In this document: positions 12,094-26,800 of the stretch, piece by piece
Position numbering within the stretch: the stretch's first letter is position 1
Layout of the letters: each line of letters begins with the position of its first letter
NCBI GenBank assembly: GCA_003427395.1
Contig: BFEA01000004.1
Location: 6,182,714 to 6,246,713 of the forward strand
DNA length: 64,000 bases
Source of the DNA: Chara braunii
Taxonomy: Eukaryota > Plantae > Charophyceae
Reading direction: 5' to 3'
The notes under the pieces: generated by a model
The model's database searches: none
Told to the model about the DNA's origin: nothing
The model's input: the letters and a program-made list of their open reading frames with translations, nothing else
Translations under genes and position numbers: made by a program

Positions 12094-12164
12094 GTGAATG
12101 TGAATTAGCTGAGAGACTGATTGAACTCTGCCTTTCTTTTTTTTTTCTTTTTTTAATTGAACTC

Positions 12165-12260
12165 TGGCTTATTTCTAACACCGCTATTGAAATAAAGATC
12201 CGAGTTCGAATCCCGATGACCTAAACGAATGGACTGGAATTAAAAAAAAAAAAAAAAAAA
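12165..12260 (+). mobile_element. Degenerate copy of the 10747 SINE family
   Basis: ctattgaaataaagatccgagttcgaatcccgatga matches ctgttgaaatacagacctgtgttcgaatccagatga; followed by an A-tract. Confidence 0.55.
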
Positions 12261-12465
12261 GATTTGATAAGGATCGTCATTTTTGCAGTCATTTGTTCCA
12301 ATGTGTTTTCGATCGGGAACTTTCTTTTTTTTTTTTTTTTTTTTGTATACTACCAGGTAGGTGTCTCTCATCCCTCCCTCCCTTTCTTGCAGTGGCAGAC
12401 AATCACAAGTGAGTGAGAGGGTTCTTGATGCATCACTGCTTAATAGGAGGAGACTTCGTTTCAGA

Positions 12466-12581
12466 GGGGCTCGGCCGCACCACTCGCCCGCCAAACGCCA
12501 ACATTTTGAATGCACCTGAACCTGGAACTCGTCTGGATACATTCAAAATGCTGGCGCTTGCCCAGTGGTGTGCCGAGCCCC
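12466..12581. mobile_element. Hairpin MITE, PIF/Harbinger-like
   Basis: TIR ggggctcggc / gccgagcccc, internal IR cgccaacattttgaatg / cattcaaaatgctggcg; duplicated flank AGA (or CAGAG). Confidence 0.65.
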
Positions 12582-12698
12582 AGAGGATACTGTGTCCACA
12601 GCATACTGGATTTGACATGTATTCAAATCATTGGGTTGTGCGATGGGCTGGTGTGGAATGGGGTAGCATGGGATCGAGGGGGGAGAAAGAGAGAGAGG

Positions 12699-12769
<71 letters not shown>

Positions 12770-13022
12770 TGGTCGAGTGCTCTTCTTATTCCCTTCACCT
12801 TCAGTATTCATGGATGGCTGAGAGAGCAAACAACTTTTTTTTTTTTTTTTTTTTTGAGAGAGAGAGAGAGCCCGCATCACCAGTCTGCTTGACGAGATGA
12901 CGACTTGATGCGCCTTCGGACCAAAACGGGAAAAAAATTGAATTAGAACGAAAATAGGGATACCGTGCATCTCAACCCGTGCATCCTGTAGAAACAATTG
13001 CATCGAAAGCTGGAAAGCACCA

Positions 13023-13094
<72 letters not shown>

Positions 13095-13414
13095 NNNNNN
13101 NNNNNNNNNNNNNNNNNNNNNNNNNNNNNNNNNNNNNNNNNNNNNNNNNNNNNNNNNNNNNNNNNNNNNNNNNNNNNNNNNNNNNNNNNNNNNNNNNNNN
13201 NNNNNNNNNNNNNNNNNNNNNNNNNNNNNNNNNNNNNNNNNNNNNNNNNNNNNNNNNNNNNNNNNNNNNNNNNNNNNNNNNNNNNNNNNNNNNNNNNNNN
13301 NNNNNNNNNNNNNNNNNNNNNNNNNNNNNNNNNNNNNNNNNNNNNNNNNNNNNNNNNNNNNNNNNNNNNNNNNNNNNNNNNNNNNNNNNNNNNNNNNNNN
13401 NNNNNNNNNNNNNN

Positions 13415-13504
<90 letters not shown>

Positions 13505-14046
13505 CCAATCGATCAAGCTATACCCTCTCCGCCTTCCTCCTCCCCCTCCTATAACCACTGCACCTGCTTCGTGATCTCGCCCACTATTGTCCTCGCCGCC
13601 AGGGTACACCATTGTTCTGCTTCGGGTAAGGCTTTATCACTGATTCCCATCCCCCCCCTCTCTCCTTCTTCTTTCCTCTCTCCTCTTCATCCCCCAGCTT
13701 CTCTTTCTTCTCCCCTTTTTCACCTTCGTAAATAGGGGGGGAAATCACATCTGCTCCATATGACCGTCGTCATCAGTACCGTCCTCTGTCATCCTCCGAT
13801 AGCCCATCGTTCTCCTTCCGCTCTCTCTCCCCTCTTGCCTCCTCTGCCTTTTCCCGTCTTCTCCTCCATGTCTCTGAAATACCTGGGGAAACTTACATGC
13901 TTCAGCAGGGAAAAAAGAACTACTCCCTCCCCCTCTCTCTGCCTCCACGCCACTCCCACCCTCCCCCTTGTCATCTACGCTGCTCCTCATCCCTCAGCAC
14001 ATCCATGCGAAGTGCAACAAAAGAGACGTCCTACCTTTTCCTCAAT

Positions 14047-14085
<39 letters not shown>

Positions 14086-14099
14086 CGCTCGCTCGCTCG

Positions 14100-14130
<31 letters not shown>

Positions 14131-14402
14131 TGGCTGTAAGACACACCGCATAAGAACAACAAGAGAAAACAAACGCAGCATCCTCCTACACCTGCGCCTC
14201 CAAATATCACCTCTCTCTCCCATGCCTCCTCCTCCTCCTCCCCTAATTCCTGGTCCTTAGCTCATCTACCTTCTCTTCCAAACTGCCCCTCTCCCACCCC
14301 TCTTCTCCCGACGCTTCGTGAAGCCACTCCTCTTAACCCTTCACCCCTAACGCTCCTCTCTGATATCAACCCTCATTGTCCTCCTCACAAAAAGCCTACT
14401 TA

Positions 14403-14545
14403 GGGCATACTCACACATGGCCATCAAAATCGCAGAATTGCAAAATCAGCCGCCAGATCGACGACTCCGTTCAGCAGGACCCGATCTAGCCGTTGATTTT
14501 GCAATTCTGCTATTTTGAGCGCCTACCGGTAGTGTGAGTATACTC
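14403..14545. mobile_element. PIF/Harbinger (Tourist-like) MITE with TTA TSD
   Basis: TIR gggcatactcacac / gtgtgagtatactc, internal IR gcagaattgcaaaatca / tgattttgcaattctgc; TTA on both sides. Confidence 0.8.
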
Positions 14546-15042
14546 TTAATCACTCCCCCTCTTCGGATATTGCCCAGGGACGACGATGTCCCTCATCAAC
14601 TCCTCCTCTTCTTCCTCCTTCTGCAGCTATCTATGTTACGGCATGCTCTCCATCTTGTCGTTTGTCGTGCTCCCCCACCCCTGCTGGCAAAAAGGAACCC
14701 CTCGCACACCGTTCGTTTCCCTCCTCTTTTCCCGCCGTCGATCTTCGTCGTGCCTTTCATAGTGGTCTTCATTCCCGCGTTCTGGTCATCTTTGGTCCTC
14801 CTGTCTCCTCCTCCTCTCCCCCCCTCTTCCCCCTCACCTCATCCTGTACATACCAAAACCCCCCGTGCACAGTCTTTACCTCTATCCTCTGTTTTCCTCC
14901 TCTCCTCGTCGATTACCTCCCTATAAGGGAAAGCACAACTTATAAAAGAGCCCACCGCACCGTTCCCCCCTCCCAACCCCTTCTCTATGGGGAAAAAAAT
15001 ATTGGCTTCACAATCGACAAGAATGACGGGAGAGAAAAGGAG

Positions 15043-15137
<95 letters not shown>

Positions 15138-15138
15138 N

Positions 15139-15200
<62 letters not shown>

Positions 15201-15301
15201 CACGGAGACGCGCGCGCGTAACCCACCTAGAATCGTCCTCCAGGGTGACACAGCGAGAGAGAGAGCGAGAGCGAAAGAGAAAGAGAGAGACAGAGAGAGA
15301 G

Positions 15302-15349
<48 letters not shown>

Positions 15350-15631
15350 ATGGGATTCAACGTTACCAGGCACAATTGGACAAGAGTGCGATTCGTCAAA
15401 GGACATCCATCGAGCTTTCACGGGTTCCTCCGGAGGCTGCACCTCGATTTACGACCGCATGTTGCTGTCGTTGTTTGCGCATAGAAACTCGACCCAATAA
15501 TTAAGAGGATCGCATACGACTTCTCACAAAATGGTCGCTCTTGCATAGAGATAGAGACTCCACCAAAGAGGACAATTACAGCATACAGATCTCATATCTC
15601 TAATTATTAAGGCGCTACCTAAACCAATGTT

Positions 15632-15703
15632 ATCTCATCTCATCTCATATCATCTCATCTCATCTCAACTCAACTCAAATCAAATCAAATCAAATCAAAT
15701 CAA
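15632..15703. repeat. Pentamer satellite grading from (ATCTC)n to (TCAAA)n
   Basis: Read directly from the sequence. Confidence 0.85.
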
Positions 15704-15958
15704 CTGATAGCGAATCTTCTTCTAGTTGCCCTGCGCAAAATCTCAAATAGTCTCATTCAGCTATCTGCGTGTATTTTCTTAGACACTGTGCTCGATGTGA
15801 GCCTGGGTCATTGGACAAAAAAACAGAGAGAGGGAACATCGACCTATTAAATACCATCTAGTGTCTCGGTCTGCTAATTTTCTTAGAAACAGAGATAGAA
15901 CGAGAGGAAGAAACAAAGAAAAACGCAGGCAAACAGGACAATGTTATCTGAATATGCA

Positions 15959-16033
<75 letters not shown>

Positions 16034-17921
16034 GACCGAATGTGATCGTGATTGACATGAGATACAGTCATGTTCTTCTTGGCGCTTACTCACAGTAGAA
16101 CTTTTTCGACGGATGTGGCCTGATTTCCGTCCAGATGCATTCACGAAAATGCCGGTGCAAGTACGCCGTTCTTTCCATTCAACAAGGAAGAGAAAACGCT
16201 AGCAAGGTGACTTTTCCTCCCCGCCTTCATCCCCCTCTCTTCTCCCTCCTTTCCTTTTTCGTTTTCCTTCTTTTGGGGGCCGATCAGACAGAGGCCGAGA
16301 ATGGTGGACTTTCTTCGTTCTTTTCCCATAGATTTGACCTCGGAAGCAGTCTACCGGTAGTAACGGTTATACCATTCAGCCACCATTCTGGCTGGGTATT
16401 TAATCCTTTTCTCGTTTCTAACTTTTTTGGGGGACCAAATTTGAGCTGTGACCCTCAAGTTCCTTTAATTTGCAACCCGCCCTCTGACGGCTGGCTTACC
16501 CTGCCGTGCCCCCGGGGCCCCAAATATTTTCCGCAGGACGGTCGCCAGCCGGAGGTCCCCTGGCCGTACGGCCGTCCGTACGGGCGTTCAGGGTCCCGTT
16601 CGGGGTCCGAACTTGAAGGAGTTCGGCCCCCACCAAAACTTATTTCGGGGCCTGAAAATAAGTTCTTTTCTTCTGAATGTTTTTTTGTAAGTTCTATGAT
16701 GTGAGGTACCCGCCTATAAATTTTGAAGCCATTTTGATAAGCCAAAGAAAAACTAAAAATCGCCAGAGATGGCGATGTTAAAATGTGCTCGCCCACTCAC
16801 TATTTTGTTTTTTTTCACTTTTTACTTTTTGTTTTCGAACTCTATTGAGGGGCCTAAAGAAATTTAATTATTTTTTGAAACTTTTTTTTATGCGTTTTGT
16901 ATTATGTGAAGTACACATCTGTAAATTTTCAGGGCATTTCATTGTGCCCAAAAAAAATGAAAAATCGCCAAAGATGGCGGTGTCGAAAACATGCTTGCCC
17001 ACTCACTATTTTTAATTCTCTTTTCATTTTTCTTATTTTTCTTATTATTTTCTGTCTTTTATTTTTATGTAAAATTTAGCAAGGAATTCGGATGTAATGC
17101 TCAGGCAAATGTTGATGTAAGGGACACCAGGCCCATTTCCTGGCTATATGAATATGAATAAACCTCTTCTTTTAAAAATATATATATAATGTTGTTTATT
17201 TTATTTTTCTTCATAACGTTATTTTTTTTTTAATTATTGAATTATTTTTGTTTTTATTTTTTTTGTCCGTGTTTGACCCAAACGGCCGAATGCATCCCCC
17301 AAGGGGGCCCATACGTTCGGGCGTTCGGGTTAGGCGTTCAGCCCGTCTTGAACATCGATTACCCTGTTCCACAGACCGCTATCAGAAGGGCCCACAACTT
17401 TCCGGTATGCCCTTTCTGGACCAGCGGTCCCATTCCATCAGACCTTCCTCATATGGCCTCATTGGGGGCGGGATCTTTTTGTCATGCACACCCAGCCTTG
17501 ACGCCTCTCTCTCTCTCTCACATACACACACACACACACAGGCATGTGAACGTGCGGCCCTTCTCTCTCTCTCACTCACACACTCGTGAACATGCACTAT
17601 GTCACGTCTAGGTTCATACCCTCTCCCTGGGCTGGGAGCGGAGGGTTGGTGGACTGGCAGGCTGTCATGCAAGGTTTTGCTGAGCAGGAATGTGAAAGAA
17701 TCAAATTAAACCACAAGTACCTACCGATTGTTCAAGCCCGACCCTGTTCCTGAACAACCAGACGCTCAGCCGACCGGTATCCCAAAGCTTGTTGAGCCTC
17801 AAGGTACGAGTAGGTACACATAGAAAAAAAAAAAAGATAAAAAAAATAAACAACATTCTTTCATTTAAAAAAAAGAAAAAAACAAAGAAAACCAAGCCCC
17901 CCCTTTTCTCTCAGCGCGCGC

Positions 17922-17986
<65 letters not shown>

Positions 17987-18183
17987 GATCTTTGTGGATT
18001 CACGCCGAAGATTCATTTTCAACTTGCAACTTATGAACGACGCGTAGGGGGCTAGGTGGGGGAATGCACGGGGTAGGTGGGGGGACGCGTGCGCGCGCGT
18101 ACGTACCCGTGCGAGAGAGAGGGAGAGAGAGTTTCGGCGGGTGGTGCTGGATGTTCCGTGTAGCCCGCCAAGTCTCTGGGTGT

Positions 18184-18545
18184 CGCTCTACATCTATTTT
18201 CGGGGCTAATTGATTCGGCAGATGAGTTGTTACACACTCCTTAGCGGATTTCGACTTCCATGACCATCGTCCTGCTATCTGTATCAATCAACATCCTTTG
18301 TGGTGTATGGGTTGGGTTAGTGCGCAGTTTGGCACCGTAGCCCGAATTTCAGTTCATCCTGCATCGCCAATTTTGCTTACCACAATTGACCCACTTTGAG
18401 CTTTCATTGATCCTCGAGGTTCGCTTAAGCAACCCCGAAATCTTACCTATTTAAAGTTTGATAATAAGTCGAGGGTGTTTCACCCCCGAGGCCTCTAATC
18501 ATTCGCTTTACCTGATAAAATTGTTCAACAACTTCAGCTGTTCTG
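18184..18545 (-). pseudogene. Dispersed, decayed fragment of cytosolic LSU (25S/28S) rRNA
   Basis: Antisense conserved blocks: ttgattcggcagatgagttgttacacactccttagcggatttcgacttccatg; gcgcagtttggcaccgta; cttacctatttaaagtttga; cctctaatcattcgctttacc. Confidence 0.9.
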
Positions 18546-18600
18546 CTGTTCTAGCGGAATATTCACTCTCATTTTGCACATTTCGAGAGTAGTGGAGCAA

Positions 18601-18665
<65 letters not shown>

Positions 18666-21044
18666 TTCGCCTCCCTGCCGCGCCTGTTTATTTCTCGTCG
18701 TTTTATTTTTCCTTTATAATTCGCATTTTTCGGTGTTTTTCTGTTTTTTTTTAGTATTCCTTTGTACCATTCGTTCGCTGCCCCGACCGCCAGCTGACAT
18801 GGTACGTTAATGGTCATGTTTTAGAAAATAGCTGGGAGAGGTACTGATGGTTTAAGAATACAGGGTAACTGTGTCCCGCCATCCCTAAACACTCAGCAAG
18901 CATATCCAGTCCAGTAAGTTTGTATCCCGTCTTGCTTTCGATTTTGTCACTTACGCCTGACCTTGTATAAAAAACCATATTCAGGTTTTGCGGAGGCCCA
19001 ATCTGAGCAGTCCTTAAGCAGCCCTGAGTGTGACATGTAAAAGCTAGTAGAAACAGTTGCCTTCAAGTCTCCTTTTATCAGATTAGGATTGAAATCAGAT
19101 ATAAAACAAGAAGACTAGAAGTCAAACTCTGCAAGACAAAGACCAAAGAGACGAGACAAACAAACAATACAATAAGAATGCAAGAGTCATCAATTGGAGC
19201 ACTACGGGCACTGAGAAGTCATAACAACAGGTCAATGAAATACATCTTCGGTGTCATGCTACCATCCCTGCTTAAAAATAATAAGTGCCCCTTGTGTGTT
19301 GGTTGTGTCATGTTGGACTCTGCCTCTAACACCCTCAGATAATAATGTTGGCTGATACCTCTAGAACAACCAGACTAATTTCCATGGTTACCGTTGGGTC
19401 GATCTGCAACATAATCGCCATACATCATTGTCAAGCGCATCGGTTTCGCAAGGGGGACCATCTCGACCGCATCACGCAAGACTTCTAACCGAGTTGTGTC
19501 GTTTTAGCCGTGTGCGCCAACCATACTTTTCGCAAACCCCTACGACAAGATAGGGTTCCACAAGGTACAACTTACCTCCACCTACGGGAGTTGTCACCAT
19601 CCCTCGGGTGGGCATATCCACACCGAGTTACCGAACCACGTATGAAAGTTTTTCGTATACAATTGTTCAGGTGATTCAACCGAGGGCAACTCTCATTTGC
19701 TATAGCATAGGGGGAACGTGCGGTTAACGCATGAATCAAACCTGCACACGAGTCGCGGGTTAGGGCGTTGATCTCCCAAGTGTGGTTCTATGTCAGTCGA
19801 CTAGGACACTAAGTTTAACCACGTGACACAACTTCAATTGAAAATTGACTCACAACATAAGTCGGTGCCTAGTCCCTTTTTGGCTCCCTGAAAACATATG
19901 TATCTTTCACGGGAACAAATGCATTCATCCAACCTACAAAACACACACACACACACGCACACGCACACACACATGCATGTGTTTGTGCATGTGCATGTGT
20001 GTGCATGTGTGTGTGCGTGTGCGTGTGCGTGTGTGTTTTACATTTCCACCCTAACAACCCCTATTCCACCCAAACTGTTAGATTCAAGTTGATCCAGCCC
20101 AACAATTAAACAATTTCACCTTTGCAACATGAATTACAATAAAAACATTTATAACTATGTTTAGCTAGGGTTTCTTTTGGGCAACAACTCCTCTTTTACT
20201 ATGCCTCGCATGTACAAGGTTGCCCACGTTGATTGTGGTTGAGAGACAACTGTCCACATCCCCATGCGCCTTACCAACTCACTTGCACGTAGTATGTCAC
20301 GGTCTTTCGTCTACATACTCCTGCTCATTTTACATCACATCTTCAACTCATACTTTGTTTGTTCTTTTAACGATGCTCATTCGTATGTATTTGCTAGCAG
20401 CATATGAATGAAGGGTTGAGGGAAAGGGATATGAGGTAGAGTTCTATAGGAGTGTGAGGTAGGGGGAAGTGGAGTGCAAAGAGCAGGAGAGAATGTGTGA
20501 AGGGTAGGATAGAGTAGGACATGCAAAGGGCAGGGAAGAGATATATGACGAACTTCGCAAAATTCTAAATACTCACCGCTGGAACAGACTACTCTATAAT
20601 GGCGCATAAGGTCAGTTAATGTTTAGGTTGCATAAAATTTTTGAGTTAAGCAGCTATTGCCTATGGTAAGTGGTCACCCCTACAGACCGGACAAGACCAC
20701 TTCGGGGGTGGACTATGGAAGCACCGCATCAAATTTTCGCAGTCACAGTTGTTGCATCGAATGACACGGTGCAGACAAATGTCAAAGGTTACGTGGTTCC
20801 CGCATGCTAGGAACACGGAGACATATTGACCTCAATTCTAGAGGCATTGTTGTTTCGGCCTTTGACTACAAATTGGACATGACATATAATGGTATCATAC
20901 ATGAGTACAATACTGACTACCATGGTACATATGAAAGCAAAAATGAGTACAATACTGACTACCACAATACATATGAACGTAAAAACTTGCATGGACTATC
21001 GTTTCATAATCCTTATGGCACAAGGCATGTGAACCACATGCTGA

Positions 21045-22590
21045 TGGGTCATCACAAAGTGGTGTCGGGTACCCAAAGTCAGTCAGTCACCGAAAACGGG
21101 ACAATTTAAAGCGCAGATTGGTTGGATTATAGAAATTTCAGAGTTCGTGCTAGATGACAAGCAGTTAAAAAAATAGGGTATCAAGGTCGATCCCTGTTTT
21201 TTGCCCCTCCATTCTTTGATACTAAACCTAGTGTCAAGTCTCTTACTGTATTATTTTGTCATCGCTTTAACACACCTTTATGAACTAATTTATCCTTACT
21301 CTTATTTACTCAGATACTCCGCAACAAACGCGTGTAGGCTTTCGATGTGAGCGATTTTGTGAGGCCGAGTCAACTGTGGAAATTTATTTATTTTAATAAA
21401 AATATTAATAATTAAAAATAAAATGATAAACGATAAAAAAAATAAAGTTGTCTAGATATTTCCTTGTTCTTATTCTTGTGCCAGATTATGTTTCCTCGCA
21501 CTGATGCCTTAAGTTGCCCAATTTTGCTAGTCCTCGTTTTTGTGTGTTAGTGCAGTTGCATCGTTCAAATTTTCAAGTGAGACGATTAATGCACACGACT
21601 CACCGTATCAGACATGACAATTGGTATCTCACAACATGGTACGACGGACTATGACGCTCCACATAACCATCACCGCACCGGCTTGCTCATATGGGTCCAT
21701 TTGGTTTTTGACGATCAGTTCATTTGGTTGTTTCCATGATCTAGTTTATTTTACGGTTTCGATATCCAGTCTATTTGATGATTTTGATTATTCTACAGTT
21801 CTTCGACAACGAGTGAGTCATCATAAAGCAGTGTCGGGTGCCCAAAGTCAGTCAGTCACCAAATACGGGACAATTTCAAGCGCAAATTGGTTGAATTGTA
21901 AAAATTTCAAAGTTGCTGCTAGAGGACAAGCGGTTTAAAAAATAAGGTACCAAGGTCGACCCCTATTTTTGCCGCTCGATTCTTTGATACTATACCTACT
22001 AGTATCAAGTCTCTAACTATATAATTTTGTCATAGCTTTAACACGCATTTATGAAGTAATGTATCCTTACTCTGATTTTTTCGGATACTCGGCAGCGAAC
22101 GCGTGTAGGCTTTCGATGTGAGTGATTTTATGAGGCTAAGTCAACCGTGGGAATTTATTTATTTTAATGGAAATATTAATAATTAAAAATAGAATAATGA
22201 ATGATAAAAAAAATCAAGTTACCTAGATTTTTCCTTCTTCTGTATTTTTGTGTCGGATTATATTTCCTCGCGCTGATGCCCTAAGTCGCTCAATTATGCT
22301 AGTCCTCGTTTTTGTGTGTATTAGCACAACTGCGTCTTTCAAATTTTCAAGTACGACGGTTAATGCACGCGACTCGCCGTATCAAACGTGACAATTGGTA
22401 TCTCACAACATGGTATGATCGACTATGATGCTCCGCACGACCGTCGCTGCAGCGACTTGTTCATGTGGGTCCATTTGGTTTTCGACGATCGGTTCGTTTG
22501 GTTGTTTCCACAATCGAGTTTATTTGACGGTTTTGATATCCGATTTATTTGACGATTTTGGTTATTCTACAGTTTTTCGATGACGAGTTG
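21045..22590. repeat. ~770-bp tandem duplication (2 diverged copies)
   Basis: gtgtcgggt(a/g)cccaaagtcagtcagtcacc at 21062 and 21831; shared blocks continue along both units (aacgcgtgtaggctttcgatgtgag, tgacaattggtatctcacaacatggta). Confidence 0.9.
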
Positions 22591-23352
22591 ACATTTCGCA
22601 CGGATCATGGTTCGGGATTTTCACACGCCTCGGTTGATGGTTATTCCTCTTCGAGCTCATTGTATTCTAGCTATAGACCTAGTTTCTCCACGAGCATTGA
22701 CGGGTCCTTTCACATCAACCTTAACGACTTAGGCTATCAATTGCGGACAAGATTTGCCTTGGTCTTCTATTCAGGCCTACATGCTTGATATTCTGCTTAG
22801 GCCAGCCAATTCAGTCTTCCAGCAGGAAAATAGCCGCACAAACCTCATTGACATTTGTGGGGAAATAGTCGGAACTGTTGGGTGCACAGTTGTTAACCAT
22901 TTACGGATACATTCGCAGGGTCTATCCTCCTTTGAGCGGAGCGTCTAACTCACGCATGACAAGAAGGGGTGCTAGGTCATGACACGTCACAGGCTGACGT
23001 GTACAGTTGACTTGAGTCTGTAGTCAATGCTCTCCAGGGAGTATGTGTGCCCAATGCTCACCAAGGAGGCATCATGCCGAGACTTCTATGTAATATCATC
23101 GCCACAGCGATATTGGAAGTTGTAGAGGGCCTTGGCGGCGCTGATGAAAGTCGGCGTCGATGGTATGTTGCGAAGTTCACCTGTTTGTAGTCAAAGTGTG
23201 TGTTGAAAACGAGGCGGAAGTCGGGGTGATGACAACGGAAAATCTTCATAGGTTCGTCATCAAATGTATTTTGAGATGCACAACTTTCGAAGACGTTGAA
23301 GTTGCTCATTCGTTGTTAACAGAAACGGTGGTGTACATTTTCCACCTGTTAA

Positions 23353-23804
23353 ACCACCACTCCCCCCGGCACAAAAAAATTGGCTTTCCGGGACCATCGG
23401 AGGTTGGTAGCCCGGAAGGAGTGGAGGTCGGCGGCAATTCAAGCGGAGGTCGGCGGTAATTCAAGCGAAAAAAAAAGCACAAACTTTGACGATTTTTCAC
23501 GCTCAGAATAATAAACCAATACATTTGAAATTATGGAATCCGGTAGATTTGATCATGATCTATTCAGAAAAATTATTAAAAAAAAAAAAAAAAAAATTTG
23601 ACGGTGAAATGCTCACTGCGCCGATTCAGTGCATTTTTCATTCTTGCCACTCTGCCACCTGCGGGCCAACGAAAAAGGACTCCGTTCTTGCCACTCTGCC
23701 ACTTGCGGGCCACTCTACCGGTTCTCCATACTATGGTACCGATAACCCTCATTAACTTGGGCTACCGGTCCCCCCAATTTTTTTGTCGCGAGCGGAGTGG
23801 TGGT
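23353..23804. mobile_element. MITE with ~30-bp TIRs in a TTAA (or TA) target
   Basis: accaccactcc...acaaaaaaattgg / ccaatttttttgt...ggagtggtggt; TTAA at 23349-23352 and 23805-23808. Confidence 0.75.
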
Positions 23805-26800
23805 TTAAGCGGGCCAGCCTCTGGTGAATCCTTGTATGACCTTCCCAGAAGGTATTTCTACAATGCAAGGACAAAGATTAATTCGGGGCCCCATTAATTT
23901 CACAAGCTGTCCATGATCAACTACTGCTCATTCGGGATGTTGAGGGTTGTTCTTCCAATAGTAGCCATTTAATATTTCACTCGCCACATCATGCGTTGAC
24001 GTGGTGATCCGTGGGACCGTGATGCTTAGTTAAACAGGGGGTATTTGCACTCTCTGTGGTAAGCCTACACGTTTCACTGGCATACAAGTGAAGAATCCGT
24101 AGCCAATACTACTCCAATAGGATACAGTATATTCAACAATTGCAAATAGAAAGTAGTAAAGCAAGGCGATTGTCTAGTTGAAGCTCTCAATGAATTTCTC
24201 TGCTACCTTTCATCAAACATTGTTCACTCGGGATGTTGAATGAAGGGCAGATAGGATAAATAGAGTGAAGAAATTAGGCCTTTGTGGTAAGTGCAGATTG
24301 AAAGTGGGGATTAAAACTTTACATTGGTGGTAAAAACCGTTGCGGAAGATAAAGCGATGAGATGAGCATAAATTAAGGTAATATAGGGCTCACATTCACG
24401 ATCTTCTAGGAGATATTTGTAGAAGAACAATAGCATAACATGATAAAATGGACATCAACATTTTATGTATCATTACTCCACTGACAAGAGTTGGGAGAGA
24501 GAAAAATAATCGTAAGAGGGCGATACGGTGTTTTACAAGGATCTAGGTGTTGGAATATAGAAGAGAAGATCAGGGTAGTGTGAAGAGATTGATTACAGGT
24601 GACCTGAAAGAGAAGATAGGATGATGGAAGAGGCTGAATGCATCAACAGAGGGAAGAAGTTGTGATCATATCGTGTAAGGAGTTGTCGGGGTCAGTGGAG
24701 AAAGTGTACATCAGAATTGTACACTTGACGATTGAGGGAGAGCAGACTCAACAAAAAGGGTATTGCACGGGCGATCCTTCACTCCCACGAGGCTGAGGAA
24801 AGCTCATTGAGGTGGGACAGTACCCATGACAGAAGTGCTCGGATCCACCAGACCCACGCTTATGTGAACGGCAACTGTGAAGAATCCCCTCCAGTGAATC
24901 ATCTCCCCCTATTTTTGAGTCCCCCCCCCCCCATCTCCCTCATTCCTGGTTTCTACCCTGTTGTCAGCTTAAGGTGTAACCAAGCCAAAAAAAAAAAAAA
25001 AAAAAAAGGAAAGAGGGGAGGGAGGGGGGGGGAGAACATGGAAGGTGAAAAATCGTGATCTAGCAAATCATCAACGCAGAAAAATCTTGTTAGGGTATTG
25101 TAAGTGTCTTAATTTAATCTCTACTTTAAATCGAATGAGTTGATTGATTTTGCTCAATTTTTAATTCATTTAAATTAATATAGTTCTTGAAACGCTGCAT
25201 GATTCAAATCTCCCTTACACTACTTGGGGAACTGTATTCCACAGATTGATGCTTAAACTTTTGCTAAAACAGCAAGGCATTGGTAACGCAACATTTTTCC
25301 AGTTCTCTCTTGTGCTCTGTTGAGGAAGAGCTCAATGATTCTGTTGATTATCGATTCCAACTCACCTTCACAATATTTGGTACTTAGTCGTCTGGAATAG
25401 TAATCATCATGAGATTGGGGACCAAGCGGGCGAGGGGTCAGGGATCTCTATTGTTCTATTAGGGTGCCATGAGGCACACACTTTTTCGACAGTTGGGATC
25501 CTCTCCCTATGCCCGCTCAGGTATTAACCAACTGGGCAGAATACAAGGGATGTTACCGACGGTTTTGGCTGGGGGAAATAGAAAGGAAGTAATACACCCG
25601 CTATAGAAGAATACAATACAACCAAGTGACACCCAATCAGAGCGAAAAGGTGGTTCAGAAATAACAGTCGGAACAACTGTCAATGATCACTCAACAGACC
25701 CAGGGAAAGGAAGTAACGAGCAATCATATATCTTTGATTTCATCAGCACATTTCAATCAACAGAGAAAGGTACACCAGCTTCCCTCAAGATCGAGTATTT
25801 CCGCATCACATGCCTTCCCTAAATTGAAAATGAGAGACTCTGTGGGGAGTGATGATGAGGTTCTAACAGAAGAAGAAAAAATGATAGGGCAAGCTAAGCT
25901 AAATCACAAGTATTCATCCATGTCTAAAGGTACCCTATCACCACATACTATGCAACAGTCCCAAAGAGATCAGACTACCGCAGAACCCAAGACTGCACAA
26001 CCAACTTGGGTTCAAAGAGTGAGGGATACATTGCAAAACAAAACATTGAACATTATGCGTCCATTAATTGGATCCGTGGGCTCGGTGGCAGAGGAATTGA
26101 AAGTTCCCATGCGAAACTTGTCCCCCGCACAAACTTATTTTCTCACTCTCTTCCTCCATCCTTCATAACAATAAGTTATAGACCAAGAGGGAAGGAAAAC
26201 CTTGATGAAATCCTATCCTACTTACAAGCTGGCAAATAGAGATGCAATATACAGGAAGCATGCAAGCAATTGGGTATTCTACGGGGACAACACACATAGG
26301 TCAATGAACGATAAGATTAAATGGTTGTGCAAACGGTTGGAATCTATAAAGGATGGACAAAAAACAGTTTCTGAGTTTTTTTTTTAATCCAACCGGTTTC
26401 GTCAAAAATATTCATTGTCCTTTGTTTGTTTGAGCAAGATAAGTGTTAATTGGATGGTTGAAAAAAATTGAAATGGGATAGGTCAGAGGTTAGAATCTAC
26501 CCGTGGCTCTCTAAAAAGATTGGACTGGAGGAAAAAAGAGAGCAGTTAATACGAGACCTCTATTGGTTGGAGTTGCGACACATTCCAATAGAGGTTCAAA
26601 AAACATTCATTCATGATTTTGGATAACAGTTGAAAATTATGGATTTCATCGACCCACTGCCCACACACGTGGCAAAGAGAGATGATTACTTAATGCTTGC
26701 ACTTGACTTGCCAAAAGACCAACTATTTTCAATAAATAATGTATTTTATTCAAATGGGAGGGAATATTTTTCATATACATATGGCGCATAAGTTTTGCCT

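Noticed and set aside
12623-13735. Long ORFs over (GA)n/(CA)n tracts and N gaps
   Set aside because: Artefacts of microsatellites and undefined bases.
18184-18545. Active rDNA unit
   Set aside because: Only ~360 bp, mutated at conserved positions, with no flanking rDNA.
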